NCBI GenBank assembly: GCA_039799905.1
Contig: JBDLRP010000036.1
Location: 32,001-96,000 of the forward strand
Origin: Pseudomonadota bacterium
GTDB taxonomy: Bacteria > Bdellovibrionota_B > Oligoflexia > Silvanigrellales > Silvanigrellaceae
DNA length: 64,000 nucleotides
Direction: 5' to 3'
Part shown: piece by piece, positions 22,713 through 32,669 of the stretch
Position numbering within the stretch: position 1 is the first letter of the stretch
Layout: the number at the start of each line of letters is the position of its first letter
Program-made: the position numbers and the translations under genes
Notes under the pieces: model-generated
The model's database searches: none
The model's input: only the letters and a program-made list of their open reading frames with translations
What the model was told of the DNA's origin: nothing

Positions 22713-23348
22713 ATGGCAACCGATAAGAACGCGACAGCCAAGAAAGCTGGCGGAAAGAAAGCCGACGCGGGCGTGACCGTTGTGCGTGGCGAACATGTAA
22801 AGGGTGTCAAACCACGCTACTTGTCGAAATTCAGCGACAGCGTGTTCCCAGAGCTCAAGAAGCGCCACAAAGACACCAACCCAATGGAGCTTCCAAAACT
22901 GGTGAAGATTGTTGTCAACACCTGTCAGGGTGAAGCGACACAGAACATCAAGGCTCTTGAGTCGGCTGCTGCTGAACTTGAGATGATCACGGGCCAGAAG
23001 CCTTTGATCACCCGCGCTAAAAAGTCTATCGCTTCGTTTAAGTTGCGCGCAGGAATGCCGATCGGCGCTTCCGTAACTCTCCGTCGCGAAAGAATGTTTG
23101 AGTTTTATGACCGTCTCGTGAACGTTGCTCTTCCTCGCGTACGCGATTTCCGCGGCGTTTCTGTGAACAGCTTCGACGGTCGTGGAAACTACTCGTTGGG
23201 TTTGCGTGAGCAGATTATTTTTCCGGAAATTGAAGCTGACAAGGTCGACAAGTCTCGCGGCCTCAGTATCACGATAGTGACATCCGCCAAGACGGATGAG
23301 TCAGCTCGTGAGCTGCTGACTCTTCTCGACATGCCATTCCGTAAGTGA
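22713..23348 (+). CDS. rplE: 50S ribosomal protein L5 with ~33-aa N-terminal extension
   Basis: [48 protein letters not shown]; follows rplN after a 2-nt gap with no rplX between. Confidence 0.97.
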   Translation: MATDKNATAKKAGGKKADAGVTVVRGEHVKGVKPRYLSKFSDSVFPELKKRHKDTNPMELPKLVKIVVNTCQGEATQNIKALESAAAELEMITGQKPLITRAKKSIASFKLRAGMPIGASVTLRRERMFEFYDRLVNVALPRVRDFRGVSVNSFDGRGNYSLGLREQIIFPEIEADKVDKSRGLSITIVTSAKTDESARELLTLLDMPFRK

Positions 23349-23358
23349 GGTTTGAACG

Positions 23359-23544
23359 ATGGCACGCTTAGCAATGATTAATAAAGCGAATAAGAAACCG
23401 AAGTTCTCGACCCGTGCGCACAACCGCTGCAACCAGTGCGGGCGTCCAAGAGCTTATTACCGCGATTTCGGCATCTGCCGTTTGTGCCTCAGAAAGTTGG
23501 CTTTGAACGGCCAAATTCCGGGCATGATCAAGGCTAGCTGGTGA
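23359..23544 (+). CDS. rpsN: 30S ribosomal protein S14, short zinc-binding type
   Basis: 61 aa; RCNQCGR and CRLCLR Cys pairs, IPGMIKASW. Confidence 0.97.
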   Translation: MARLAMINKANKKPKFSTRAHNRCNQCGRPRAYYRDFGICRLCLRKLALNGQIPGMIKASW

Positions 23545-23555
23545 GGTGAAGTACA

Positions 23556-23954
23556 ATGAACACGACTGATCCAATTGCAGACATGCTGACCCGCCTTCGC
23601 AATGCTAGCCGCGCTGGACTCCGCTATGCGGTCGTTCCAGCCAGCAAGCTGAAGGTCGACGTCACAAAGATTCTCGAATCTGAGGGATTCATCCGCGGTT
23701 TCCGTCTTATCCGTGATAACGGCCAAGGCAAAATCAAGATTGCGGTGAAGTACAACGAGAACGGCGCTCCGGCGATTCGCGGACTGGCAAGGGTTTCCAA
23801 GCCGGGCTGCCGAGTTTATTCGAGCGTGGCTAAGTTGAAGCCAGTGCGTGCTGGCCTCGGCATGGCGATTCTTTCAACACCTAAGGGCGTAATGACCGAC
23901 TCTGCTGCTCGTGCTGAGAAGGTTGGCGGCGAGGTTTTGGCACAGGTTTGGTGA
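23556..23954 (+). CDS. rpsH: 30S ribosomal protein S8
   Basis: TDPIADMLTRLRNA, RVSKPG.RVY, ILSTPKGVMT, GGEVL. Confidence 0.99.
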   Translation: MNTTDPIADMLTRLRNASRAGLRYAVVPASKLKVDVTKILESEGFIRGFRLIRDNGQGKIKIAVKYNENGAPAIRGLARVSKPGCRVYSSVAKLKPVRAGLGMAILSTPKGVMTDSAARAEKVGGEVLAQVW

Positions 23955-23983
23955 TCTGCTGCCTTAAGAAGTGAGTGTGATTT

Positions 23984-24520
23984 ATGTCAAGAATCGGTAA
24001 ACAACCCGTAAAGGTTCCGAATGGCGTGACCGTTAAGTTGAACGGTCCCATGCTTGAAGTGAATGGTCCCAAGGGCGCGCTTAAGCGCGATACATTTGGA
24101 CGTATCAAAATTGCTCAGACTGGCGCCGAGATTGCAGTTCAGCCTGCGATCGAGGATGGAGCTAATTTCTGGGGTCTGTACAGAACTCTCCTGGCCAACA
24201 TGGTCGAGGGCGTTACAACGGGCTACAGCCGCCAGCTTGAGCTTGTGGGAACGGGATATCGCGCTGCCATGAGCGGCAAGAACCTGACCCTCACTGTTGG
24301 TTATTCGCATCCTGTCAACATGACACCACCTGCTGGCGTTGCGTTTGACGTAGACAAGGCCGGTAAGGTTGTTGTTGCTGGTGCTGATAAAGAACTCGTC
24401 GGACGTGTTGCTGCGCAAGTTCGCGCTGTTCGTGCACCTGAGCCATACCATGGCAAGGGTATACGTTACGTCGGCGAAGTTATTGTTACCAAAGTTGGTA
24501 AATCTTCCGGTAAGAAATGA
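23984..24520 (+). CDS. rplF: 50S ribosomal protein L6
   Basis: MSRIGKQP, VGTGYRA, GYSHPV, PEPYHGKGIRY. Confidence 0.98.
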   Translation: MSRIGKQPVKVPNGVTVKLNGPMLEVNGPKGALKRDTFGRIKIAQTGAEIAVQPAIEDGANFWGLYRTLLANMVEGVTTGYSRQLELVGTGYRAAMSGKNLTLTVGYSHPVNMTPPAGVAFDVDKAGKVVVAGADKELVGRVAAQVRAVRAPEPYHGKGIRYVGEVIVTKVGKSSGKK

Positions 24521-24567
24521 ACGTAGGTTTGTCGGCCTGTATGTGAGCAGGCGACGAGGAGAACATT

Positions 24568-24930
24568 ATGTATCGTGTTGTGAACAGACGGCGTGTGCGT
24601 GAATATCGCAAGATGCGTTTCTGGCGTCGTCGCCTGACTGATCTGAGCAAGCCGCGCCTTTGCATCTTTAGAAGTGCACGCCACATTCAGGTTCAGTTGA
24701 TTGATGATAACAGTCAAAAGGTTCTTGCTTCTGCAACATCTTTTGAGAAGTCGCTTCGCACTTCGGGCCTCCGCGGCAAAGACATGGCGAAGAAAGTTGG
24801 GTCTACTATTGCAGAGCGTGCAAAGAAGCTCGGTCTCGAAGACGTAGTCTTCGACCGCAATGGTTTCAGTTACCATGGTCGCGTTCAGGTTCTTGCAGAC
24901 TCTGCACGTGAATCTGGCTTGAAGTTCTGA
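24568..24930 (+). CDS. rplR: 50S ribosomal protein L18
   Basis: [38 protein letters not shown]. Confidence 0.97.
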   Translation: MYRVVNRRRVREYRKMRFWRRRLTDLSKPRLCIFRSARHIQVQLIDDNSQKVLASATSFEKSLRTSGLRGKDMAKKVGSTIAERAKKLGLEDVVFDRNGFSYHGRVQVLADSARESGLKF

Positions 24931-24949
24931 AGAAGGTCAGGGAGTACAC

Positions 24950-25429
24950 ATGCAGGTTAGAACTGAAGAGAAAAAAGATCGCTTTGAAGACCGTGTCGTC
25001 AGCGTTGCTCGTGTTTCGAAAACAGTGAAGGGCGGACGTCGCATGAGCTTCTCAGCTCTTGTTGTTGTTGGTGACCGCGAAGGCACTGTCGGTTTCGGAC
25101 TCGGTAAGGCAGGCGAAGTTCCTGAGGCTGTCCGCAAGGCAGTTGCGCAGGCTAAAAAGTCGCTCGTTAGCATTCCGCTTGAGAACCAGACCATTCCATT
25201 CATGGTTCAGGCGAAATTTGGTGCTAGTAAGCTCCTGTTGAGCCCCGCTCCAGATGGTACTGGTATCGTTGCGGGAAGCGCTGTTCGCGCGATCGCCGAA
25301 CTCGCTGGAATTCCCAACCTGATGGCGAAGATCCAAGGCAGTCGTAACCCCCACAATGTTGTCAAGGCAACATTTTCTGGGTTGCGGCAGCTGACGACTC
25401 GCGAAGAATACGTAAACGCACGTAAATGA
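24950..25429 (+). CDS. rpsE: 30S ribosomal protein S5
   Basis: [42 protein letters not shown]. Confidence 0.98.
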   Translation: MQVRTEEKKDRFEDRVVSVARVSKTVKGGRRMSFSALVVVGDREGTVGFGLGKAGEVPEAVRKAVAQAKKSLVSIPLENQTIPFMVQAKFGASKLLLSPAPDGTGIVAGSAVRAIAELAGIPNLMAKIQGSRNPHNVVKATFSGLRQLTTREEYVNARK

Positions 25430-25439
25430 GGTTTAGGCC

Positions 25440-25637
25440 ATGCAAAGCCTTAATTCGAAGAAAATTAAAGTCACACTGTTGAGAAGTCATGCGGGCCGCT
25501 CTGAATCGCAGAAGCGCACTTTGATTTCTCTGGGTCTCAAGAAAATCGGTGAGTCACGCGTATTGCCGAACCTCAATCCGATTCTCGGTCAAGTTAACAA
25601 AGTCATCCAGTGGGTCAAAGTAGAAGCCGCTGAGTAA
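25440..25637 (+). CDS. rpmD: 50S ribosomal protein L30
   Basis: IKVTLLRS, TL.SLGLKKI, GQVNKV; synteny. Confidence 0.93.
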   Translation: MQSLNSKKIKVTLLRSHAGRSESQKRTLISLGLKKIGESRVLPNLNPILGQVNKVIQWVKVEAAE

Positions 25638-25647
25638 GAGGTGTCAC

Positions 25648-26070
25648 GTGAGAATGCAAGATTTGCGTCCAAATGAAGGCGCTACCAAGGACAGACGTCG
25701 TCTTGGCCGTGGGCCGGGAAGTGGTCTTGGAAAGACGGGCGGCCGTGGTGGCAAAGGCCAAACAGCTCGTGCCGGTGGTGGAATTCGCCCTGGTTTCGAA
25801 GGCGGCCAGACCCCACTTTACCGCCGTTTGCCTAAACGCGGTTTCACCAACGTTCATGCAATTGAAGTGTTTGCGCTTAATCTGCGCGACTCGGAGCCTT
25901 ATGTTGAGGCCGGAGTGCTTGACGGAAAGACGATCGCCGGTGATAAGGCGGTTGTTAAGTTGTTGTCGGTAGGCGACGTACCAAAGTCGTTGAAGACTGT
26001 TAAAGCAATCCGCGTGTCAGGGACTACACGCGACAAACTGAACGCCGCCGGCGTGAAGATTGAGGAGTAA
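25648..26070 (+). CDS. rplO: 50S ribosomal protein L15
   Basis: RLGRGPGSGLGKTGGRGGKGQTAR, GFEGGQTPLYRRLPKRGF. Confidence 0.97.
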   Translation: MRMQDLRPNEGATKDRRRLGRGPGSGLGKTGGRGGKGQTARAGGGIRPGFEGGQTPLYRRLPKRGFTNVHAIEVFALNLRDSEPYVEAGVLDGKTIAGDKAVVKLLSVGDVPKSLKTVKAIRVSGTTRDKLNAAGVKIEE

Positions 26071-26077
26071 GGACGCG

Positions 26078-27415
26078 ATGGCACTTGCCGAAGAGAGCGG
26101 TGAGAATCTGTTGTTGAAAAGAGTGGCTTTCACTCTGTTGGCTCTGATGGTTTTCCGGTTGGGTGTGCATATTCCGACTCCGGGTGTGAACACGCAAGCT
26201 CTTGTCACTCTGGCAAGCCAGAACTCTGGCGGCCTCCTGAAAATGTTGAATATGTTTTCTGGTGGCGCACTTAACCAGTTCTCTATTTTCGCGTTGGGCG
26301 TCATGCCCTACATTTCTGCGAGCATCATCATTCAGCTTATGACCGTCGTCGTGCCCTCACTGGAGCAGCTCCAGAAAGAGGGCGGCGTCGGTCGTCAAAA
26401 GTTGAACCGCATCACGCGCACGCTTGCTGTAATTATCGCTGTTTTGCAGGGCTACCTTGCGGCTGTTGCGCTGGAGAAGGCACCTGAAACTGCCGCTGGC
26501 GCTGCTGTTCTCGACCCTGGTTTTGCTTTCAGAGCTCTGGCAGCTCTTCTTCTCACGTCAGGGACGTGTTTTGTGATGTGGCTCGGAGAGCAGATCACCG
26601 AAAAGGGAATTGGTAACGGGACATCGTTGATTATTTTCGCCGGTATCGTAGCTTATTTTCCAAATGGACTCGGTACGGTAATTGAAGGCCTCAAGGACAA
26701 CAGTATGACAGTTGTCACAGCTCTTGGTCTTGCGGCGTTTTTGATAGCACTCGTATTCGGAATCTCTTTTATTGAGCAGAGCTACCGCAAAATTGCGGTT
26801 CATTATGCGAAAAGAACCATAGGTAATCGCGTCACGTCTGGCCAATCGACGCACCTTCCTTTGAAGGTGAACATGTCCGGTGTGATTCCCGCAATTTTTG
26901 GAAGTACAATTCTGGCTGTGCCATTGTCTTTCGGAGGATTTTTCGGAAAGACTGAGGCGAGTCCTTGGATGTCGGCGCTTTTTCCGAATCAGTGGCTCTA
27001 CAATGTTCTGTTTGCATTGCTGGTGCTTTTTTTCTGTTATTTTTACACGTCAATTACCTTCAAGCCGGATGACATCGCCGAGAATTTGAAGAAACAGAAC
27101 GCCTACATCCCCGGAATTCGCCCAGGTACAGAAACAGCTGAAGCCCTCGACATGGTGGTGACACGTCTGACCTTGGCAGGTGCAATCTACATGAATCTGG
27201 TGTGCATCATCCCACAGGTTGTCACGGGTGGCTTTTCTGAAAAACTTTTTGTGGGCGGAACGAGTCTTTTGATTGTGGTTGGCGTTGCGCTTGAAACCGT
27301 TCGACAGGTAAGTGCGCAGTTGGCAACTCAGCGCTACGACTCATTGCTTTTTACGGGCAAGGGTAACGATTCTGCACCCAACCTGACTCCAGCGACTGAT
27401 CGGAGTCCGCTGTGA
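26078..27415 (+). CDS. secY: Preprotein translocase subunit SecY
   Basis: FSIFALGVMPYISASIIIQL, WLGEQITEKGIGNG.SLIIF, LPLKVNMSGVIP, IPGIRPG, GGTSLLIVVGV. Confidence 0.98.
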   Translation: MALAEESGENLLLKRVAFTLLALMVFRLGVHIPTPGVNTQALVTLASQNSGGLLKMLNMFSGGALNQFSIFALGVMPYISASIIIQLMTVVVPSLEQLQKEGGVGRQKLNRITRTLAVIIAVLQGYLAAVALEKAPETAAGAAVLDPGFAFRALAALLLTSGTCFVMWLGEQITEKGIGNGTSLIIFAGIVAYFPNGLGTVIEGLKDNSMTVVTALGLAAFLIALVFGISFIEQSYRKIAVHYAKRTIGNRVTSGQSTHLPLKVNMSGVIPAIFGSTILAVPLSFGGFFGKTEASPWMSALFPNQWLYNVLFALLVLFFCYFYTSITFKPDDIAENLKKQNAYIPGIRPGTETAEALDMVVTRLTLAGAIYMNLVCIIPQVVTGGFSEKLFVGGTSLLIVVGVALETVRQVSAQLATQRYDSLLFTGKGNDSAPNLTPATDRSPL

Positions 27416-28077
27416 AGGTTATTGTGTTCTTGGGCGCGCCCGGTGCGGGCAAGGGGACTCAAGCTGCATTAGTCGCTACGCGGCTTGGGGCGAACCATAT
27501 CTCCACGGGCGCTATCATAAGAGAAGAAATCAAATCGGGCTCACCATTGGGACAAAAGGTGAAGGGACTTGTAGAAAGTGGATTGCTGGTCGATGACCAG
27601 ACACTGTTCGAATGTTGTTCCGGAGCTATGGTCCGAGCTCGCGAGGCAAAAAATGAACTCCTGATACTTGATGGAGTGCCTCGCAATGTAACTCAGGTCA
27701 AAATACTCGACACCGTGCTTCAGAATTTGAACCTCAAGGTCGACGCGGCACTTGATTTTGAAGTTCCTACGGACCTGCTGGTTGCGCGATTGAGCAACCG
27801 CTGGACGTGTCAGAAGTGCGGAGCGATTGCCTCCGGGAATTCAGAGGGTTTAGCCCCCTCGTCCTGTAATTCCTGTCAGGCGGTTGGGTCGTTTGCGAGA
27901 CGAAAGGACGATGAGCCTGCTTCAGTTGCGAAGAGGCTTGGAGTCTATGCTACTGAAACTGCTCCTATTTCGGGTCTGTACCGTGAGCGTAGGCTGTTGC
28001 ATCGTATTGATGCCAACCAGTCACCTGAACGGGTCTACTTGGATGTTGGAGATGTAATAACGAAAAAACTGAAGTGA
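27412..28077 (+). CDS. adk: Adenylate kinase (zinc-lid type)
   Basis: GAPGAGKGTQA, HISTG, ILDGVPR, lid CQKC..CNSC, RKDD. Confidence 0.95.
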   Translation: MKVIVFLGAPGAGKGTQAALVATRLGANHISTGAIIREEIKSGSPLGQKVKGLVESGLLVDDQTLFECCSGAMVRAREAKNELLILDGVPRNVTQVKILDTVLQNLNLKVDAALDFEVPTDLLVARLSNRWTCQKCGAIASGNSEGLAPSSCNSCQAVGSFARRKDDEPASVAKRLGVYATETAPISGLYRERRLLHRIDANQSPERVYLDVGDVITKKLK

Positions 28078-28147
28078 AGTGTTGCTGGTTCGTTAAATTT
28101 AGGATAGCGAACTGGCTCGTCTGACTTCGGTCTTTGGTGGGATTTGT

Positions 28148-28366
28148 ATGGAACGCGATGATCGAATTGAGGTTGAGGGCACTGTTGCTGAGAAGCTACC
28201 GAACAATATGTTTCGGGTGGAGCTTGAAAATGGACACCTTGTTCTCGCTCATGTGTCTGGAAAGATGAGGATGAACTTCATCAATATTCTCCCTGGCGAC
28301 AGAGTGAAAGTTGAGTTGAGTCCTTATGACCTCCAGAGGGGTCGGATTGTTTTCCGCGCAAAGTAA
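28148..28366 (+). CDS. infA: Translation initiation factor IF-1
   Basis: [35 protein letters not shown]. Confidence 0.98.
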   Translation: MERDDRIEVEGTVAEKLPNNMFRVELENGHLVLAHVSGKMRMNFINILPGDRVKVELSPYDLQRGRIVFRAK

Positions 28367-28391
28367 GAATTGGAATTGAGTGAGGTTGTAT

Positions 28392-28505
28392 ATGAAGGTT
28401 CGTGCGAGCGTGAAGCCGATCTGCGACAAATGCAAGGTCGTTCGTCGTGAAGGTATTGTTCGGGTGATTTGCTCAATTAAGAAACATAAGCAACGCCAAG
28501 GCTAA
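28392..28505 (+). CDS. rpmJ: 50S ribosomal protein L36 (zinc-binding type; below the ORF-track size cutoff)
   Basis: Manual translation: [37 protein letters not shown]. Confidence 0.97.
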   Translation: MKVRASVKPICDKCKVVRREGIVRVICSIKKHKQRQG

Positions 28506-28525
28506 GAGTTTTTTGGGGGTTTTCC

Positions 28526-28894
28526 GTGGCACGTATTGCCGGTGTAGACATTCCGCGCAACAAGCGGATCGAAATTTCACTAACCTATATTTACGGCATT
28601 GGCCGTAAAACAGCGCAAAAGCTGCTTGACACGGTTGCTATTAACCGTGACACACGCACGCAGGAATTGACGGACGAGCAAGTGAACTTGCTTCGTAAGG
28701 CGATTGATAGCGGCCTCACTGTTGAGGGCGATCTTCGTCGTATGGTTCAGTCCAACGTCAAGCGCTTGATGGATTTGGGATGCTATCGTGGCCTCCGTCA
28801 TCGTCGTGGTCTGCCAGTGCGCGGACAGCGGACGAAGACGAATGCACGTACACGCAAGGGTCCGAAGAAGACCGTTGCAAACAAGAAAAAATAA
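28526..28894 (+). CDS. rpsM: 30S ribosomal protein S13
   Basis: [44 protein letters not shown]. Confidence 0.99.
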   Translation: MARIAGVDIPRNKRIEISLTYIYGIGRKTAQKLLDTVAINRDTRTQELTDEQVNLLRKAIDSGLTVEGDLRRMVQSNVKRLMDLGCYRGLRHRRGLPVRGQRTKTNARTRKGPKKTVANKKK

Positions 28895-28917
28895 TAGCCA
28901 GCTGAAGTGAGTGAATT

Positions 28918-29307
28918 ATGAACAAGGCTGTTGTCAGCAAAAAGAAGCGTGTAAAACGCAATGTTCCAGTAGGGATCGCTACGATCAACGCTAGCTTCAA
29001 CAATACCATCGTCACATTTGCTGACGTCAATGGTGATGTTGTGACTTGGTCGAGCTCGGGAAGCAAGGGATTCAAGGGTTCACGCCGCAGCACCCCTTTT
29101 GCAGCTCAGATGGCTGCTGAAGACGCAGCTCGCAAGGCAATGGAGAGCGGAATGCGCTCCTGCTCGGTTGTGGTGACTGGTCCAGGCTCGGGTCGTGAGT
29201 CCGCGATTCGTGCGATTTCAGCAACAGGTATGAAGGTCACGCTCATCAAGGATGAAACACCCATTCCACATAATGGTTGCCGTCCTCCGAAGCGTCGTCG
29301 CGTCTAA
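28918..29307 (+). CDS. rpsK: 30S ribosomal protein S11
   Basis: [39 protein letters not shown]. Confidence 0.99.
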   Translation: MNKAVVSKKKRVKRNVPVGIATINASFNNTIVTFADVNGDVVTWSSSGSKGFKGSRRSTPFAAQMAAEDAARKAMESGMRSCSVVVTGPGSGRESAIRAISATGMKVTLIKDETPIPHNGCRPPKRRRV

Positions 29308-29326
29308 TTGAATTGGAGATTTAACC

Positions 29327-29959
29327 GTGGCTCGTTATATTGGTCCAAGCTGTAGAATGTGTCGTCGGGAGGGCGTCAAGCTCTATCTGAAAGGCGACCG
29401 CTGCTATACAGACAAGTGCGCTGTTGATAAACGCAAGTCTGCTCCGGGTCAGCACGGAGCGCGTCGTAGCAAGTTGTCGGACTACGGCAACCAGCTCCGC
29501 GAGAAGCAGAAGCTTCGTCGTGTATACGGAATTCTTGAAAAGCAGTTCCGTGGTTTGTTTGAAAAAGCGTCCGCTAAAAAAGGTAAGACTGGTGAGCTTC
29601 TGCTCCAAGGTCTTGAGCTGAGACTTGACTCGGTCGTGTATCGTTTGGGTCTCGCTTCGAGCCGTAACGCTGCTCGTCAGATCGTCCGCCACAACCATGT
29701 TTTGGTGAACGGCAAGCGTCTTAATATCCCGTCGGCGATTTTGAAGGTCGGTGACAAGGTGACTTTGGTAGAGGGAAGCCGTAACATGGCGCCCGTGCTG
29801 GCGTCGCTCGAGGCTACCAAGCGTGAGGGCCATGGTGCTCCTGCGTGGTTGAAGTGGGACAATTCCAGCTTCACTGGCGAGATTCTCGCTAAGCCGGCCC
29901 GCGAAGACATTTCGGTGCCTGCACGCGAGCAGATGGTTGTCGAGCTTTACTCGAAGTAA
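29327..29959 (+). CDS. rpsD: 30S ribosomal protein S4 (zinc-binding type)
   Basis: MARYIGPSCRMCRREG, QLREKQK, LELRLDSVVYRLG, VVELYSK. Confidence 0.99.
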   Translation: MARYIGPSCRMCRREGVKLYLKGDRCYTDKCAVDKRKSAPGQHGARRSKLSDYGNQLREKQKLRRVYGILEKQFRGLFEKASAKKGKTGELLLQGLELRLDSVVYRLGLASSRNAARQIVRHNHVLVNGKRLNIPSAILKVGDKVTLVEGSRNMAPVLASLEATKREGHGAPAWLKWDNSSFTGEILAKPAREDISVPAREQMVVELYSK

Positions 29960-30010
29960 CAATGAGTGCGCAGGAACGCGCATTCGTAAGGATTTAGGAC
30001 GGGGTAATTG

Positions 30011-31012
30011 ATGCAGAGTAACTGGAAAGCGCTTGTTAAGCCACAGTTTATTGAAAAAGAAGATGTCACCCCTATTTTCGGTCGTTTCATTGCTAAGCCT
30101 CTGGAGCGTGGTTTCGGGACGACACTTGGAAATGCTCTTCGTCGCGTGTTGTTGTCATCATTGCAGGGTGCTGCAGTCGTCGGTCTCAAGATCGATGGTG
30201 TTGAACATGAGTTCTCAACGGTGGCTGACGTCGCTGAAGATGTGACTGAGATTGTTTTGAACCTGAAAGCTTTGGGCGTTTGGTTGGATGGCGAGACTGA
30301 AAAAGTTGCTACAATCGACGTTGCTGGCCCTAAGGTAGTGACTGGTTCTGATATTCAGTGCGACGGCTCTTTGCGCGTACTTGACCCTGATCAGGTCATC
30401 TGCACGGTCGGTGCGGGCGGACGCTTCAAAGCTGAACTTCATATCCGTTCAGGTAAAGGCTATGTGACGAGCGAGTCAATCAAAGAGGCAGGGCTTCCTG
30501 TCGGTGTAATTCCGATGGATGCCGTCTTCTCGCCCGTTCGTCGTGTGAGCTTTTCGGTAGCCGAAACGCGCGTTGGTCAGCGCTCGGATTTCAACAAGCT
30601 TGTTCTCGAAGTGAGCACCAACGGTGCTGTTTCTCCTGAGGATGCGTTGGCTTATTCTGCCAAAATTCTCAAAGATCAGGTGTCGGTCTTCATCAACTTC
30701 CAAGAAGCTGAAGAAGAGGCCCCAGTTGCAGAAGCAGTGACGGTAGATGCGCGCGTAAACGAGAGCCTTTACAAGTCAGTCGATGAGCTGGAACTTTCAG
30801 TTCGGGCTGCGAATTGTCTTGAAAACGCTGGAATTCGGTATATTGGTGAGCTTGTGATGCGCAGCGAGTCCGAAATGCTCAAGACAAAGAATTTCGGTCG
30901 TAAAACGCTGAACGAAATTAAAGATATCCTTGCGGAAATGGGCTTGCATCTTGGTATGAAGATCGAAGGTTTCGATCCTGCCCGTCTTCGCGAACGTGAA
31001 TTCAAGGCATAA
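30011..31012 (+). CDS. rpoA: RNA polymerase alpha subunit
   Basis: [41 protein letters not shown]. Confidence 0.99.
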   Translation: MQSNWKALVKPQFIEKEDVTPIFGRFIAKPLERGFGTTLGNALRRVLLSSLQGAAVVGLKIDGVEHEFSTVADVAEDVTEIVLNLKALGVWLDGETEKVATIDVAGPKVVTGSDIQCDGSLRVLDPDQVICTVGAGGRFKAELHIRSGKGYVTSESIKEAGLPVGVIPMDAVFSPVRRVSFSVAETRVGQRSDFNKLVLEVSTNGAVSPEDALAYSAKILKDQVSVFINFQEAEEEAPVAEAVTVDARVNESLYKSVDELELSVRAANCLENAGIRYIGELVMRSESEMLKTKNFGRKTLNEIKDILAEMGLHLGMKIEGFDPARLREREFKA

Positions 31013-31029
31013 GAAGGTAGGATTGTGCG

Positions 31030-31410
31030 ATGAGACATCGTTTTGGCTATAGAAAGCTCAATCGTAATTCAACTGAGAGAAAGGCGCTCTTGCGCGGCCT
31101 TGCGACTCAGTTGCTGACGAGCGGTCGCATTGAGACGACTGTTGAGCGTGCGAAGGAACTGCGTGGAGTTGTCGAGCCCTTGATTACATTGGCACGCAAA
31201 GACTCTCTTGCGAACCGTAGAATTGCAGCTGCGCGCCTGTACGGAAGCGAAGTTGTGTCGAAGCTTTTCAGGGAAGTTGCTCCCGCGACTGGAACGCGTC
31301 CAGGTGGGTTCACCCGTATTTTGAAGCTTGGCTTCCGTCCTGGTGACCACGCCCGCCGTGCGCTCATCGAGTTGGTTGATGAGCCCAAAGTGCAGGCTGA
31401 AGCTAAATAA
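31030..31410 (+). CDS. rplQ: 50S ribosomal protein L17
   Basis: [37 protein letters not shown]. Confidence 0.98.
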   Translation: MRHRFGYRKLNRNSTERKALLRGLATQLLTSGRIETTVERAKELRGVVEPLITLARKDSLANRRIAAARLYGSEVVSKLFREVAPATGTRPGGFTRILKLGFRPGDHARRALIELVDEPKVQAEAK

Positions 31411-31439
31411 CGGAGTCGATTGATTCTGTTAGTTTTGAG

Positions 31440-31464
31440 AGCCGACCGTTTGGTCGGCTTTTTT
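31440..31464 (+). terminator. Rho-independent terminator closing the alpha operon
   Basis: AGCCGACC-gttt-GGTCGGCT followed by TTTTT. Confidence 0.88.
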
Positions 31465-31523
31465 CGTTTTTGGAATCGCGGTTTTTCGTTGTTGGGGCGG
31501 GGGCTGCGGCTGAACTTCGAAGT

Positions 31524-32669
31524 TCAGTTGCGTTCCGCAATGATGGTGACTTCCTGTCTGTTGTGGAAGAGGTGCTTGGTACAGATGACCGAAGCTTGCG
31601 AATCGGCAAACAGCTTGGAAGCCTGAGCGATGGCGTCGCAGGCTTCATGCATGTCTGGAAGCTTCAATGTGAAGACTACAAGTGAGCCAGAAGCCATTGT
31701 TCGAGCTAGATTTGCCACATACTTTGCAGCAAGTTGATAAGGACCATTCATGTCGCAAAGAAGCGCATCAAATCCGCTTGCGCTCTGGACGTCTTGAGCG
31801 TGAACTTTTAGGTGTCTCAGCTTTGGGTTTTTAAGGACCTTGGCAGACATTTCAGCCAGGTCGACGGCAGTCACTCGTGCTCCCCAGTCTAACAAATGCT
31901 GTGTCATTCCGCCGGGAGCTGCTCCAAGTTCGAGCCAGTTCTGAAAATGCTTTGCGGTGAGCTTAAGTTCTTCAAGGAGTGCAAGAACTTCGCGTATTTT
32001 CCCGCCGGCTCGGCTTGGCGATTGATAGCGTTCTTGAGCATTTTCGGAGTTGTTCTGCGATAAAAATCCGAGCCCACCGCTTAATGCGCTGCCCATGCTC
32101 ATCCGATTTTGTACGACTCCCGCGAACAATCCTCTTTCGTCCAGAAGCACCGCCAGTATAGGTTGCTGTTGCTCCGGTGCGCGGCACACTGGTTCAGATT
32201 CCTCCAAATTCTCCAGTTGAGCTTGCGTCTTTAGCTGCAGAATTCTCCCTTTCAGACCGACCACCACTCGTTTGAGTTTTGCGGTCGTGGAAATGATCTC
32301 CAACTGTTCCCATGAGAAGCCAAATTTGCGCAATAAACCCTGCGCGGCTTTTTCGACGAAAATATCCGCATGCGGTGAAGTGGGCCATTGGTGAATGATT
32401 GGGCATATCCAGCGAGGAAAAACTGTATTTAGAAGGTCCCGCGAATTTACAGCCGAGCTGAATTCAATTGTATAAAAATCCTGTTGCAGGTGGCGAAGCG
32501 TAAAGTTGTTTTCGGCAACCAATTGGCTGAGAAAATCCTTTCGCCAGATGTTCATCATGTCGGTGCTGATATGCAGCATCCATCTGGCTGAGTTTTCGCC
32601 TATTGCAGGCAGGAGTTCCTGAAGTCGCAAAGCTAATCTCCACTGATTTAGATTGAGAGTGGGCCGCAT
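31524..32669 (-). CDS. RlmM/FtsJ-like SAM-dependent rRNA 2'-O-methyltransferase
   Basis: PSRAGGKIRE, LELGAAPGGMT, VTAVD, LLCDMN, FTLKL, HL.HNR.EVT give the K-D-K-E tetrad and RlmM-like C-terminal motifs; N-terminal half divergent. Confidence 0.75.
   Translation of the reverse strand: MRPTLNLNQWRLALRLQELLPAIGENSARWMLHISTDMMNIWRKDFLSQLVAENNFTLRHLQQDFYTIEFSSAVNSRDLLNTVFPRWICPIIHQWPTSPHADIFVEKAAQGLLRKFGFSWEQLEIISTTAKLKRVVVGLKGRILQLKTQAQLENLEESEPVCRAPEQQQPILAVLLDERGLFAGVVQNRMSMGSALSGGLGFLSQNNSENAQERYQSPSRAGGKIREVLALLEELKLTAKHFQNWLELGAAPGGMTQHLLDWGARVTAVDLAEMSAKVLKNPKLRHLKVHAQDVQSASGFDALLCDMNGPYQLAAKYVANLARTMASGSLVVFTLKLPDMHEACDAIAQASKLFADSQASVICTKHLFHNRQEVTIIAERN

Noticed and set aside
22711..22812. 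Possible frameshifted or unannotated intact rplX
   Set aside because: Only about 100 nt lie between rplN and the L5 core, all in frame with rplE; too short for a ~105-aa L24
24521..24567. Small hairpin between rplF and rplR (similar one between rpsD and rpoA)
   Set aside because: Short stems without U-tracts or a recognisable motif; not distinguishable from ordinary spacer structure
28078..28147. Absence of map between adk and infA
   Set aside because: map is frequently located elsewhere; not notable alone
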